In this document: piece after piece, positions 17,393 to 25,367 of the stretch
Layout of the letters: each line of letters begins with the position of its first letter
Position numbering within the stretch: position 1 is the first letter of the stretch
Source: a virus
Taxonomy: Duplodnaviria; Caudoviricetes
Length of the DNA stretch: 27,969 bases
Strand: one strand, 5' to 3'
IMG/VR virus record: IMGVR_UViG_3300042335_000320
Location: 1-27,969 of that record
Made by a program: the position numbers and the translations under genes
The notes under the pieces: generated by a model
What the model saw: only the letters and a program-made list of their open reading frames with translations
The model's database searches: none
Told to the model about the DNA's origin: nothing

Positions 17393-17743
17393 ATGACAAT
17401 GAGAACTTTAATTTTTATTTTTGCAATGCTTTTTTCAGTTTTGGCATTTAGTCAGGAGACTCAAAAAACTGGTTTGTACTATTGTGTTCAGGTGGTTTCG
17501 ACTGAGAATCCAGAACTTTTAAAGCCGGATTATTTTGTAATGATGTACGATAAGCCAATGGTCGAAGAGGCAGTCGTCAAAGGGAAAAAATATTACAGAA
17601 TTATATTCATTTATGAATCAGTTGACGATCAGGATTCCGCTTTACACAATTGGCAGTTCCAATGGGGCAAAGCGTTTAGAGTGACTCGCACAAAGGAACA
17701 GATTGAAAAAATGTACCTATTATTTAAAGACGAAAAAATTTAA
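17393..17743 (+). CDS. secreted SPOR-like (peptidoglycan-binding) domain protein
   Basis: Signal peptide ending AFS|Q; YYCVQVVS...GKKYYRIIF...KAFRV resembles the SPOR strand pattern. Confidence 0.58.
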   Translation: MTMRTLIFIFAMLFSVLAFSQETQKTGLYYCVQVVSTENPELLKPDYFVMMYDKPMVEEAVVKGKKYYRIIFIYESVDDQDSALHNWQFQWGKAFRVTRTKEQIEKMYLLFKDEKI

Positions 17744-17745
17744 CT

Positions 17746-17823
17746 ATGACCTTATTACTTATTATCGCTTTTATTTGTATCTTGATAGGACTTATAATGG
17801 CCACAACAGAACAACCGAAATGA
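17746..17823 (+). CDS. 25-aa membrane micro-protein
   Basis: MTLLLIIAFICILIGLIMATTEQPK; starts 2 nt after the previous stop; ATGA overlap with the next ORF; not in the ORF track. Confidence 0.55.
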   Translation: MTLLLIIAFICILIGLIMATTEQPK

Positions 17824-17918
17824 TAAGATTTTTTTTAGTCTTAATAATCGTTTTAATAACCGCCGGCGCTTTTGTTTCTTTGCATAACTACAAAAGGAAA
17901 TATAAACGCCGAAGATAG
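17820..17918 (+). CDS. 32-aa membrane micro-protein with basic tail
   Basis: MIRFFLVLIIVLITAGAFVSLHNYKRKYKRRR, from the ATG at 17820. Confidence 0.6.
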   Translation: MIRFFLVLIIVLITAGAFVSLHNYKRKYKRRR

Positions 17919-17947
17919 TTTTCATTTTTTTGTTTTCCATAAGTGTT

Positions 17948-17979
17948 GACCTCTTACCACTCCGGTAAGGGGTTTTTTT
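17948..17979 (+). terminator. intrinsic terminator closing the accessory operon
   Basis: ACCTCTTACC-actcc-GGTAAGGGGT followed by a T run. Confidence 0.85.
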
Positions 17980-17998
17980 ATTTCGTTATTTTTTGGAA

Positions 17999-18022
17999 TT
18001 ATACAAATTTAGTTTTGTATAA
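17999..18022 (+). promoter_or_regulatory. inverted repeat overlapping a TAGTTTTG box upstream of the head module
   Basis: TTATACAAA-N6-TTTGTATAA; TAnnTTTG at 18010-18017. Confidence 0.45.
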
Positions 18023-18034
18023 ATTTTGCATTTT

Positions 18035-19084
18035 ATGGCTAAGAAATTAAATCAAATAGAATTTAATATATTAGGAACTATCGATAGTTTTCTGGAATCG
18101 AACAAAGGCGTTTTAAAATCGACTTTAGATTCCGCTGAGGGCAAACCGGTAGTTTTTAACATAGCATCAGAGGGCGGCGACTTTTTCGAAGGTCTGGCAA
18201 TGGCCGAACTTATCGCTCAGTATTCAGGCGAAACAACTGCCAAAGGTGTCGGCTTAGTTGCAAGCGCGGCAACAATTATAATGATGGCCTGTGACGAAAA
18301 GGTAATGACACAGAACAGTTATTTCATGATTCACTCAGCGTGGACAATGGTCGAAGGTAATGCGGATAAGATGCAAAAGTCTTTAAACCTTTTGAATAGC
18401 ATTGATGATCAGATGGCAAAAATCTATACTGCTCAAATACAAAGTAAAGACAAACTAATAAAGGGCAGTTATGAAAAAACCCTTGAGACGGTTAAACAAA
18501 TGATGAAGGCCGAAACATGGTTGACTGCAAACGAGGCGATGGAATTTGGTTTTATCGATAGCGTGATTGAAGAAAGTGAGGTTGACGGTTATCAAAACTA
18601 TGAGGCAGTAATGAATAAGGTTAGGGCTCAAAGCAAATTTAAAAATATTCCTAAATTAAAAATTGAAAAAAGTATGAATGACAAAAAAACATTCTTACAA
18701 CAACTTGCAACTTTTTTCGGTATGAAAGCAGAAATCACACCGGAAGAGGCAGAAGTCGTTGAGGAAACAATGCCAGCATCTGAGATGGAAATCGAGATAG
18801 AAAAATCATTTGAAGATTACACGCCGGAGGAAAAAATCGATTGGTACAAAAAACGTATTGCAGAACTCGAATCCGGTATGTCTGAGATGGAATCTAAAAT
18901 GAAAGAGATGAAATCCGCTATGGAGATGGGCGAAAAGAAAATGGAGGAAGCCGCTGCGGTTGCATTGGCTAAACAACAAAACTATAAAGTTGCTGCTCAG
19001 ACAAATAATGTTAGTAGTAACAAATATACAAAAGACCAGATTAAGGCGTCTTCTGATTTAGTAAAACAATTATTTAAAAAATAA
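18035..19084 (+). CDS. ClpP-type (S14) prohead protease with scaffold-like C-terminal extension
   Basis: IASEGG, GLVASAATII (catalytic Ser), FMIH (His), ETWLTANEAMEFGFID; acidic coiled-coil tail; probable ATG at 18035. Confidence 0.92.
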   Translation: MAKKLNQIEFNILGTIDSFLESNKGVLKSTLDSAEGKPVVFNIASEGGDFFEGLAMAELIAQYSGETTAKGVGLVASAATIIMMACDEKVMTQNSYFMIHSAWTMVEGNADKMQKSLNLLNSIDDQMAKIYTAQIQSKDKLIKGSYEKTLETVKQMMKAETWLTANEAMEFGFIDSVIEESEVDGYQNYEAVMNKVRAQSKFKNIPKLKIEKSMNDKKTFLQQLATFFGMKAEITPEEAEVVEETMPASEMEIEIEKSFEDYTPEEKIDWYKKRIAELESGMSEMESKMKEMKSAMEMGEKKMEEAAAVALAKQQNYKVAAQTNNVSSNKYTKDQIKASSDLVKQLFKK

Positions 19085-19096
19085 AAAATCAAAATC

Positions 19097-19903
19097 ATGG
19101 CTTTTAATAAAGAAAACTTTTATCAGGAAGGAAACTCACAAGAGTATTTTTTCAGCCGCACAAACCCATTGGCCAATGCCGGCAATGCTGAGATTTTAAG
19201 AATCAAAGATTGTTGCTGCGCAGGTGTTAGTATCGAATTAGTTACTGAAATAGTTTACACAACTGGCGAAGTTACATTTAGTTTTTCATCACCTACAAGC
19301 ACAATTGACACACGTTATTTGAAAGTTGTAATAACTGACGGCAATGGTAATTTTGCAACTACGGTAGGAACAGGAACTGTTTCAAGTTTAGTTGTAGATG
19401 TAACAGGATTGAATATCAATACTGAATGGACTATTAACGTTGTTATCGAGGTTGGAGATAATCCCGGTATCGAATGCCCATGCATGAAAGAATTTGATAT
19501 CTTATTCAATCCTTTTATCGGAACTATCGAAATTGACACTACAACTTTAGGCACTCAAAGAATTGCAATTCTTGAAGGCGACAACAGTACAGTAGTTGCT
19601 GATGGCGGAACTTATTCAATCGGTACTTTTGCAGCCGGTGGAACGACAGAACCTTTCACAGTTTATGTAAAAAATAACGGCGGTATGGTTTTGACTGTTA
19701 GCTCAGTTAGTTTTACTTCCGATGTTGCTGCATTTACTTTGCCTAATTTTGCAAACGTTGTTTATCCAACTCAGTCAATTGCATATTCTGGTACGGTTGA
19801 CACTTCCGGCGTGGCAGGTAGTTATACAGGTACTATTACAGTTAATTCTGACGATAGCACAAATACGGTTTATACAATCGACATTGATTTTACTTTAGCT
19901 TAA
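19097..19903 (+). CDS. Ig-like virion protein (capsid decoration candidate)
   Basis: T/V/S-rich beta protein; FTVYVKNNGGMVLTVSSV...YTGTITVNSDD resembles ASH/choice-of-anchor-D Ig folds; lies between protease and MCP. Confidence 0.55.
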   Translation: MAFNKENFYQEGNSQEYFFSRTNPLANAGNAEILRIKDCCCAGVSIELVTEIVYTTGEVTFSFSSPTSTIDTRYLKVVITDGNGNFATTVGTGTVSSLVVDVTGLNINTEWTINVVIEVGDNPGIECPCMKEFDILFNPFIGTIEIDTTTLGTQRIAILEGDNSTVVADGGTYSIGTFAAGGTTEPFTVYVKNNGGMVLTVSSVSFTSDVAAFTLPNFANVVYPTQSIAYSGTVDTSGVAGSYTGTITVNSDDSTNTVYTIDIDFTLA

Positions 19904-19934
19904 TTCATTCATTAAAAAATAAAAAATAATTATA

Positions 19935-20924
19935 ATGGCTACATACGAAAACGGTCAATTCAATATAAATTTGATTGGCGAACAGGCTCAGGAACTGTTA
20001 CTTAAACCGATATTTTTTGATGCAGAGGTGTCTGATATTTTCGACACTATGGTTACAATTAACAAAAAGCAGAATATCGGATATGTTGGTTTATTGGAAA
20101 ATCCTTTGCAGTTGGGTGACGGTTGCGGTTGGACTCCAAAAGGTAACTTTAGCATATTTGAAAGATGTATAGAAACTGAATTTGTAAAGGCAAATGTTGA
20201 ACTTTGCTTTGATGAATTTAAAGATACAATCTACAAACAACTCCTTAAAAAAGGAACTCAGATTGATAATCTTGATGGGACTATCTTCATGGATTTGTTA
20301 ATGACCAGATTACAACAGTCAGTTAGAAAACAGGCTTTACTACTTGCTTTCTTTGGCGACAAGGCAAGCGGAAATAACGATGTAAATATTGTTGATGGAA
20401 TGTGGTCTGTTTACCTTCCTAACTTAGTTGCTCAAAACTTGGTACCTTATATCAATTCAAATTCCGGTATTCCTTTGGGCGCGGGCGATGGTATCGACTT
20501 GTTGAATGCAGTTTGGGATAATGCTTCAAACGTATTGACTGCCGTACCTGAAGCTGAAAAAGTGATGCTTGTTTCTGCTAACGTTTACAGACAATATTTG
20601 AAAGACTTACAAAATAACGGTATATCTTCAAATATGCACCTTGAGTTATTGATGAACGGACAGTCCAGATTGACTTATAACGGTATCGAGGTAAAAGCCA
20701 TGTACGACTGGCAACAATACGCTTTAGACTATCAGGGAATCAATAACGCTAACTATGTTTTGTACACTAAGCGCGATAACATGGTAATGGGTACTGACAT
20801 TGCAAGTCCATTGAATCAGGTGTTTTCTTGGTACGATCTACACGATGAAAAATTGAAAGCTAAGTTGAAATTCTATTTAGGTTTTAACTACAAGCATAAC
20901 GAATTGATAACGGTTGCATACTAA
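19935..20924 (+). CDS. major capsid protein
   Basis: 329 aa downstream of the protease; GCGWTPKG, VELCFDEF, VDG and MVMGTD patterns as recalled for Bacteroidota phage MCPs; hairpin follows. Confidence 0.8.
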   Translation: MATYENGQFNINLIGEQAQELLLKPIFFDAEVSDIFDTMVTINKKQNIGYVGLLENPLQLGDGCGWTPKGNFSIFERCIETEFVKANVELCFDEFKDTIYKQLLKKGTQIDNLDGTIFMDLLMTRLQQSVRKQALLLAFFGDKASGNNDVNIVDGMWSVYLPNLVAQNLVPYINSNSGIPLGAGDGIDLLNAVWDNASNVLTAVPEAEKVMLVSANVYRQYLKDLQNNGISSNMHLELLMNGQSRLTYNGIEVKAMYDWQQYALDYQGINNANYVLYTKRDNMVMGTDIASPLNQVFSWYDLHDEKLKAKLKFYLGFNYKHNELITVAY

Positions 20925-20940
20925 TTAAACCTATCTATTA

Positions 20941-20964
20941 AGCCGGTGTAACAACCGGCTATTT
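20941..20964 (+). terminator. hairpin after MCP (weak terminator or stability element)
   Basis: AGCCGGT-gtaaca-ACCGGCT with only ATTT following. Confidence 0.5.
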
Positions 20965-20990
20965 AAATAACAATAATAAAAAATAAAAAT

Positions 20991-21524
20991 ATGAGTTGCT
21001 TAAGCACAGGATATAGTGTTGACTGTTCTCTCAGTTGCGCCGGCGGTTTAAATCGTTTTTGGCTTGCAAGCGTGGGCGATATTGCTTCGCTTACTTTTGT
21101 ATCTGGAGAATTGACAGTCATTACAATGACAGGTATTACAAAATTTTATGAAATTGTCCCATATCAAGAAACAGGAAGTTTTGTTGAAACAGGCGAGCGC
21201 GTAAACTGTAACACAGTAGTAACGCAGACCGTTACCGGCGTTTTTCCTTGCCATAATCAAGATGTGAAGGAATTGATTGATGATTTGAAAAATTGTTGCT
21301 GCGGTTTTGTTGTTATTCATGAGGAAAACAATGGAAGTAGATGGATTTGGGGCGTTCCTCAAAGTTTAACATCTGCAGGTGTTCAATTTCCGGCTCAGTT
21401 GACTGCATTCGAAACTACAACCGGAACGGCTATCAATGACCAAAATCAGGCGAGCGTGACATTAGTAAGTCGCGGAACTACTTTGGCCTATCCGGTAGAT
21501 CCAGCGGTTGTTATACCGGTATAA
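20991..21524 (+). CDS. major tail tube protein
   Basis: MSC.L..G...DC....GG start and VVIHEENNGSRWIWG; 177 aa, directly after MCP. Confidence 0.72.
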   Translation: MSCLSTGYSVDCSLSCAGGLNRFWLASVGDIASLTFVSGELTVITMTGITKFYEIVPYQETGSFVETGERVNCNTVVTQTVTGVFPCHNQDVKELIDDLKNCCCGFVVIHEENNGSRWIWGVPQSLTSAGVQFPAQLTAFETTTGTAINDQNQASVTLVSRGTTLAYPVDPAVVIPV

Positions 21525-21547
21525 ATTTTGATTAGAAAAAGTGTTTT

Positions 21548-21584
21548 AAAGGGGGTTGTATTTAATTATGCAACCCTTTTTTTA
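21548..21584 (+). terminator. intrinsic terminator
   Basis: GGGTTGTA/TGCAACCC stem followed by T8. Confidence 0.82.
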
Positions 21585-21598
21585 AATAAATAAAGATT

Positions 21599-21808
21599 AT
21601 GTTTAAAATAAAAGAAAAATTTAAAGGTTGTTTTGTAAGTTGCAATAAATTTGCAGTCAAAATAGACGATGCTACTCAGGAACAATTGGAACATCTGTTT
21701 CATCTGGGTCATTCCGGTATTGAGGCTACAAAAAAAGTAAGTAACAAAAAAATAGACAATAAGAATGAGTCGCAGACAACCGATAAAACAGATCAAACCG
21801 GCGAATAA
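21599..21808 (+). CDS. small hypothetical protein
   Basis: 69 aa; ATQEQLEHLF motif; A-rich leader. Confidence 0.7.
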   Translation: MFKIKEKFKGCFVSCNKFAVKIDDATQEQLEHLFHLGHSGIEATKKVSNKKIDNKNESQTTDKTDQTGE

Positions 21809-23468
21809 ACCCGAAAAGGTTAACGCATGGACAGGTGTTCAGTTAGGAATCAGTCCTTTTTTGATAGATGACATTTTTCGTCAACCGACTAAGGAATGGC
21901 TCGATACAACGACCATTGAATATATACCTTTTCAAACGTTCGACCTCTGGCAATTAGACAGGATTCAGGCAATTACTACAAATAGTCCGACAACGAGCGC
22001 GATAATTCAGCAAAAGGTAAATTATAGCGTCGGAGATGGTTTTTTCGTCGTTCCGGCGGCCACTATGTCGATGTTAACATCATTAAGACAACAAAAGATT
22101 GATAAAAATCAAATAACTTTAGAACAGGAACAACAACTAAACGAGTTTTTAACGGTTGTAAATGCTGAAGGAGAGAATATAGAGGAGTTTACAAGTAAGG
22201 TTATTAACGATTTTTGCAGTTTTGGAAATGCTTTTATCGAAATTAGTAAGATTAAAGTCGGTAAAACACTAAAATACTACATGAGATTACTGCCGATTAT
22301 GTGGTGCAGGCCTAAAAAAGCGGCCGAAAATGAAATGTACCCAACGCATATTGGAATAAGTAGCGAATTTGAGCAGCACTATTGGACAACACCAAAAGCG
22401 CCTTATGAACTTCCATTATTTCCGCACTTTGAAAAGATTGATGGCATTGAAAAAAGCGTTGTACACCTTAAAAATTATGAACCGACCTTGACTTATTGGG
22501 GCGTTCCGGATTGGATCAGCGCCAAAATCTGGGCGGAACTTGAATATAGAATACCAAAATTTAACCAGTCAAAATTTGAAAACGGCTTTACTCCTTCTGC
22601 AATTGTGTCTTTGTTTGGTTCAACGAATCAGGAAGAGGCGGAAACGTTAGTCAGGGCGATGAAAGACTGTTTCACCGGGACGGGGAATAATAGTAAAATG
22701 TTTATTCAGGCTTTAAGAGATGAAACTTACAAGTCCGATGTGCAAATATTGGAAAGTAAAAATGATGGCGAGTTTACGAAGTTACAGGAAATGAGCCAAA
22801 CGGCTATTATTAGCGCGCACAGATGGACACATAGTTTGACCGGACTAAGAACCGCCGGAAGTTTGGGAACTAACCAACAAATAAGATCTGAATTTGACAT
22901 TGTTTATAATACTGTTATCAGACCGATCCAAAGATTGTTTTTAACAAAGTTTTTGAATCCGGTTATACAAGATGCCGCCGCGTTTTTTGGCTACGATTGG
23001 TCAAATATGGCGGTAGATATTGCGAAGCCAATGCCGGTATCATTCGCGGGCGATTTGGATATTAAAACAGTATTGACGATGGACGAACAACGCGCCGAGT
23101 TAGGATTCCCGCCGTTGGAAGTTCAACCGGTTGTTATGGCAAAAGTACGAAGTGAAGAAACCTATAATGACTATCCAGAATCAGCGGTCAACAATGCAAA
23201 ACGAGCGATTAAGTGGGCGGAAGAAAACGGATGGGGTTCGTGCGGCGAGGCGACAGGTAAGGCGCGCGCTAACCAGTTAGCAAATAAAGAAAAGATTTCA
23301 CGCGACACGATCGCACGCATGGCAAGTTTTAAACGCCATCAACAACATAAAAACGTACCATATTCTGAAGGCTGCGGCGGTTTGATGTGGGACGCGTGGG
23401 GCGGCGATGAGGGTATAGAATGGGCAATAAGAAAGCTAAAACAAATTGACAATGCAAACACTAATTAA
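21765..23468 (+). CDS. portal protein with extra C-terminal domain
   Basis: SPTTSAII..KV...GDG, DFCSFGNAFIE, YWGVPDW, ENGFTPS, FTGTGN, IISAHR, LTMDEQRAELGFPPL; then a ~105-aa YNDYP...WDAWGG domain. Confidence 0.88.
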   Translation: MSRRQPIKQIKPANKPEKVNAWTGVQLGISPFLIDDIFRQPTKEWLDTTTIEYIPFQTFDLWQLDRIQAITTNSPTTSAIIQQKVNYSVGDGFFVVPAATMSMLTSLRQQKIDKNQITLEQEQQLNEFLTVVNAEGENIEEFTSKVINDFCSFGNAFIEISKIKVGKTLKYYMRLLPIMWCRPKKAAENEMYPTHIGISSEFEQHYWTTPKAPYELPLFPHFEKIDGIEKSVVHLKNYEPTLTYWGVPDWISAKIWAELEYRIPKFNQSKFENGFTPSAIVSLFGSTNQEEAETLVRAMKDCFTGTGNNSKMFIQALRDETYKSDVQILESKNDGEFTKLQEMSQTAIISAHRWTHSLTGLRTAGSLGTNQQIRSEFDIVYNTVIRPIQRLFLTKFLNPVIQDAAAFFGYDWSNMAVDIAKPMPVSFAGDLDIKTVLTMDEQRAELGFPPLEVQPVVMAKVRSEETYNDYPESAVNNAKRAIKWAEENGWGSCGEATGKARANQLANKEKISRDTIARMASFKRHQQHKNVPYSEGCGGLMWDAWGGDEGIEWAIRKLKQIDNANTN

Positions 23469-24102
23469 GCCTCAGGAGGTCGTAAATACAGGATTATATC
23501 GAGCCGCGCCGGTTAATGCAAGGTTTGATATAAATTTAATAAGTCCTTATATTTTAAGTACAGAGGAACGGTTTTTAATTCCGGTTCTGGGGCGCGCTTT
23601 TTATGATGATTTAGTTTTAGAACAAAATGCGGCGGTAAGTAATTACAATCCAGACGCGGGCGCGTTGGTTAATAAATTTGTTCCTCCAGCACCGGCACCA
23701 TACGAAACGCTATGGGTATCTTATTTGCTTAGATACGCAGCCTATACTGTTTATTACGAAGCATTACCTTTTATAACTTTTCAAGTTGCGAGCAAAGGTA
23801 TTTTTTTGAATGATTCTGAGTTCGCTCAAAATGGCGGCGCTCAGGCGTTTAAGATTATGCAAGACAACATGATGCAAAAGATTGATAACCTTAAAGAATA
23901 TTTAATTAAATTTCTTTGTCAAAATAAGGCCGATTATCCGTTATTTGATGCAAAAAAACATTGTCCATGCGACTCAGGTTGTGATGATTGCGGTTGCGGT
24001 TCAAATCATTACCTTTGCAATTATTATAGCATATATGGTGTTTATTGTAACTCATGCCAGAACAAACGTAATTCTTCAACCAATATAATTTTTTACCGAT
24101 GA
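23446..24102 (+). CDS. head-tail adaptor (DUF6712-like) with Cys-rich tail
   Basis: Follows the portal; PYI...E..FLIPVLGRAFYDDL, KGI and FLCQNKADYPLF motifs. Confidence 0.62.
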   Translation: MTMQTLIKPQEVVNTGLYRAAPVNARFDINLISPYILSTEERFLIPVLGRAFYDDLVLEQNAAVSNYNPDAGALVNKFVPPAPAPYETLWVSYLLRYAAYTVYYEALPFITFQVASKGIFLNDSEFAQNGGAQAFKIMQDNMMQKIDNLKEYLIKFLCQNKADYPLFDAKKHCPCDSGCDDCGCGSNHYLCNYYSIYGVYCNSCQNKRNSSTNIIFYR

Positions 24103-25367
24103 CCTTATATACAATTGTTAAACAGTCGACAGGAAATGTCGTATTAAAAGATGCAAGCACAAATTTAATTTTATTTGTCTTTGTGAATGTTAATGCTTTA
24201 GAGGTTAAAAGCGATGCGGAAGTAATTGTTAAGTTTGGCTTTAATCAATGGAAGAGTTTATACGCTCAGCAGGTTAAATTTACACAAATAGAACCAGCAG
24301 CGGCGATACCTTTCACCGGCGATGCTTACGATTTGGCCGACTTGTTATCAGGGTCTTTTTTTTTTGAATTAAGCGGCGGGAGTCAAAATTTAAGTCAGGT
24401 TTTAACGGTTGGAAATTCAGCCGGTGCAACTAGTATTGATGTTAATAATAATGATTTATTAAACGTAGACAAAACAACGTTTAATTTAGCAACGACTGAA
24501 ATTTCTGGCGTTGGTCAACTAAATTGGAATGATACTGACGGAACTTTAAATTTAGGTTTAAAGGGTGGAGCAGTAACTTTACAAATAGGTCAGGAGATTG
24601 TCGCAAGGGTAGTAAATAAAACTGTTCCATTGATAGATTTGTTGGAAGCTAACTATCAAGTCGTAAGAATTGCCGGTGCGCAAGGTCAACGCCTTGCAGT
24701 TCGTTTGGCTCAGTCCGATACGGAAGCAAACTGTCAAAGTACACTTGGAATAGTAACAGAAACAATAAATAAAAATCAGGAGGGTTTTGTTACGGTTTTG
24801 GGGCAGGTCAGACAAATTAACACAACGGGAAGTTTACAGGGCGAAACGTGGAATGATGGCGATGTACTTTATTTAAGCCCAACTACGGCAGGCGCAATTA
24901 CAAAAGTAAAACCGACATTTCCGAATAAAATTATAATTGTCGGTTACGTTGAATATGCGCACGCGGTTAACGGTAAAATTTACGCAAATATAAACCGTTT
25001 AGAAACATCTATTATTGACATACAAGCCGCCGCGAGTGATGAAACAACTGCACTAACAACAGGAACGGCAAAGGTTACATTTAGAACGCCAGCGGCCTTC
25101 ACGCTTACAGGGGTACGCGCAAGTTTAACAACGGCGCAGGCCTCAGGGTCAATTTTTACGGTAGATATAAATCAAAACGGATCTTCGGTATTGGGTACTA
25201 AATTGACAATTGACAATACAGAAAAAACAAGCGTAACGGCAGCCACGCCCGCGACAATAACGACCTCAGCAATTTTGGACGATGCAGAAATTACCGTTGA
25301 CATTGACCAGATTGGAAACGGAACGGCAAAAGGTTTAAAAATAACTTTAATAGGCGTAAGGTCATGA
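24099..25367 (+). CDS. virion fibre/appendage protein
   Basis: QNLSQVLTVGN, GQLNWNDTDGTL, GDVLYLSPTTAG and a C-terminal SDETTAL...AKGLKITL module; modular fibre-type composition. Confidence 0.68.
   Translation: MTLYTIVKQSTGNVVLKDASTNLILFVFVNVNALEVKSDAEVIVKFGFNQWKSLYAQQVKFTQIEPAAAIPFTGDAYDLADLLSGSFFFELSGGSQNLSQVLTVGNSAGATSIDVNNNDLLNVDKTTFNLATTEISGVGQLNWNDTDGTLNLGLKGGAVTLQIGQEIVARVVNKTVPLIDLLEANYQVVRIAGAQGQRLAVRLAQSDTEANCQSTLGIVTETINKNQEGFVTVLGQVRQINTTGSLQGETWNDGDVLYLSPTTAGAITKVKPTFPNKIIIVGYVEYAHAVNGKIYANINRLETSIIDIQAAASDETTALTTGTAKVTFRTPAAFTLTGVRASLTTAQASGSIFTVDINQNGSSVLGTKLTIDNTEKTSVTAATPATITTSAILDDAEITVDIDQIGNGTAKGLKITLIGVRS

Noticed and set aside
17703-17819. Upstream extension of ORF 17703..17918
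   Set aside because: It has a TTG start inside the SPOR-like gene; two coupled micro-ORFs explain the region better
17755-17940. Minus ORF MENKKMKT... with a plausible-looking start
   Set aside because: It is antisense to two + micro-ORFs, no minus-strand promoter is evident, and the adjacent terminator is + oriented; the start-like look is better explained as an antisense segment
9806-20172. Nested + ORFs 9806-10006 and 19975-20172
   Set aside because: They are alternative frames inside structural genes with no supporting signals
20947-20955. TGTAACAAC in the post-MCP hairpin as another operator half-site
   Set aside because: It is a single 9-mer with no partner arm and is within chance
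595-24815. Minus-strand ORFs in the track (e.g. 2447-2782, 6976-7332, 14540-14977, 15063-15365, 21048-21362)
   Set aside because: They lie antisense to well-supported + genes and have shadow-like composition without motifs
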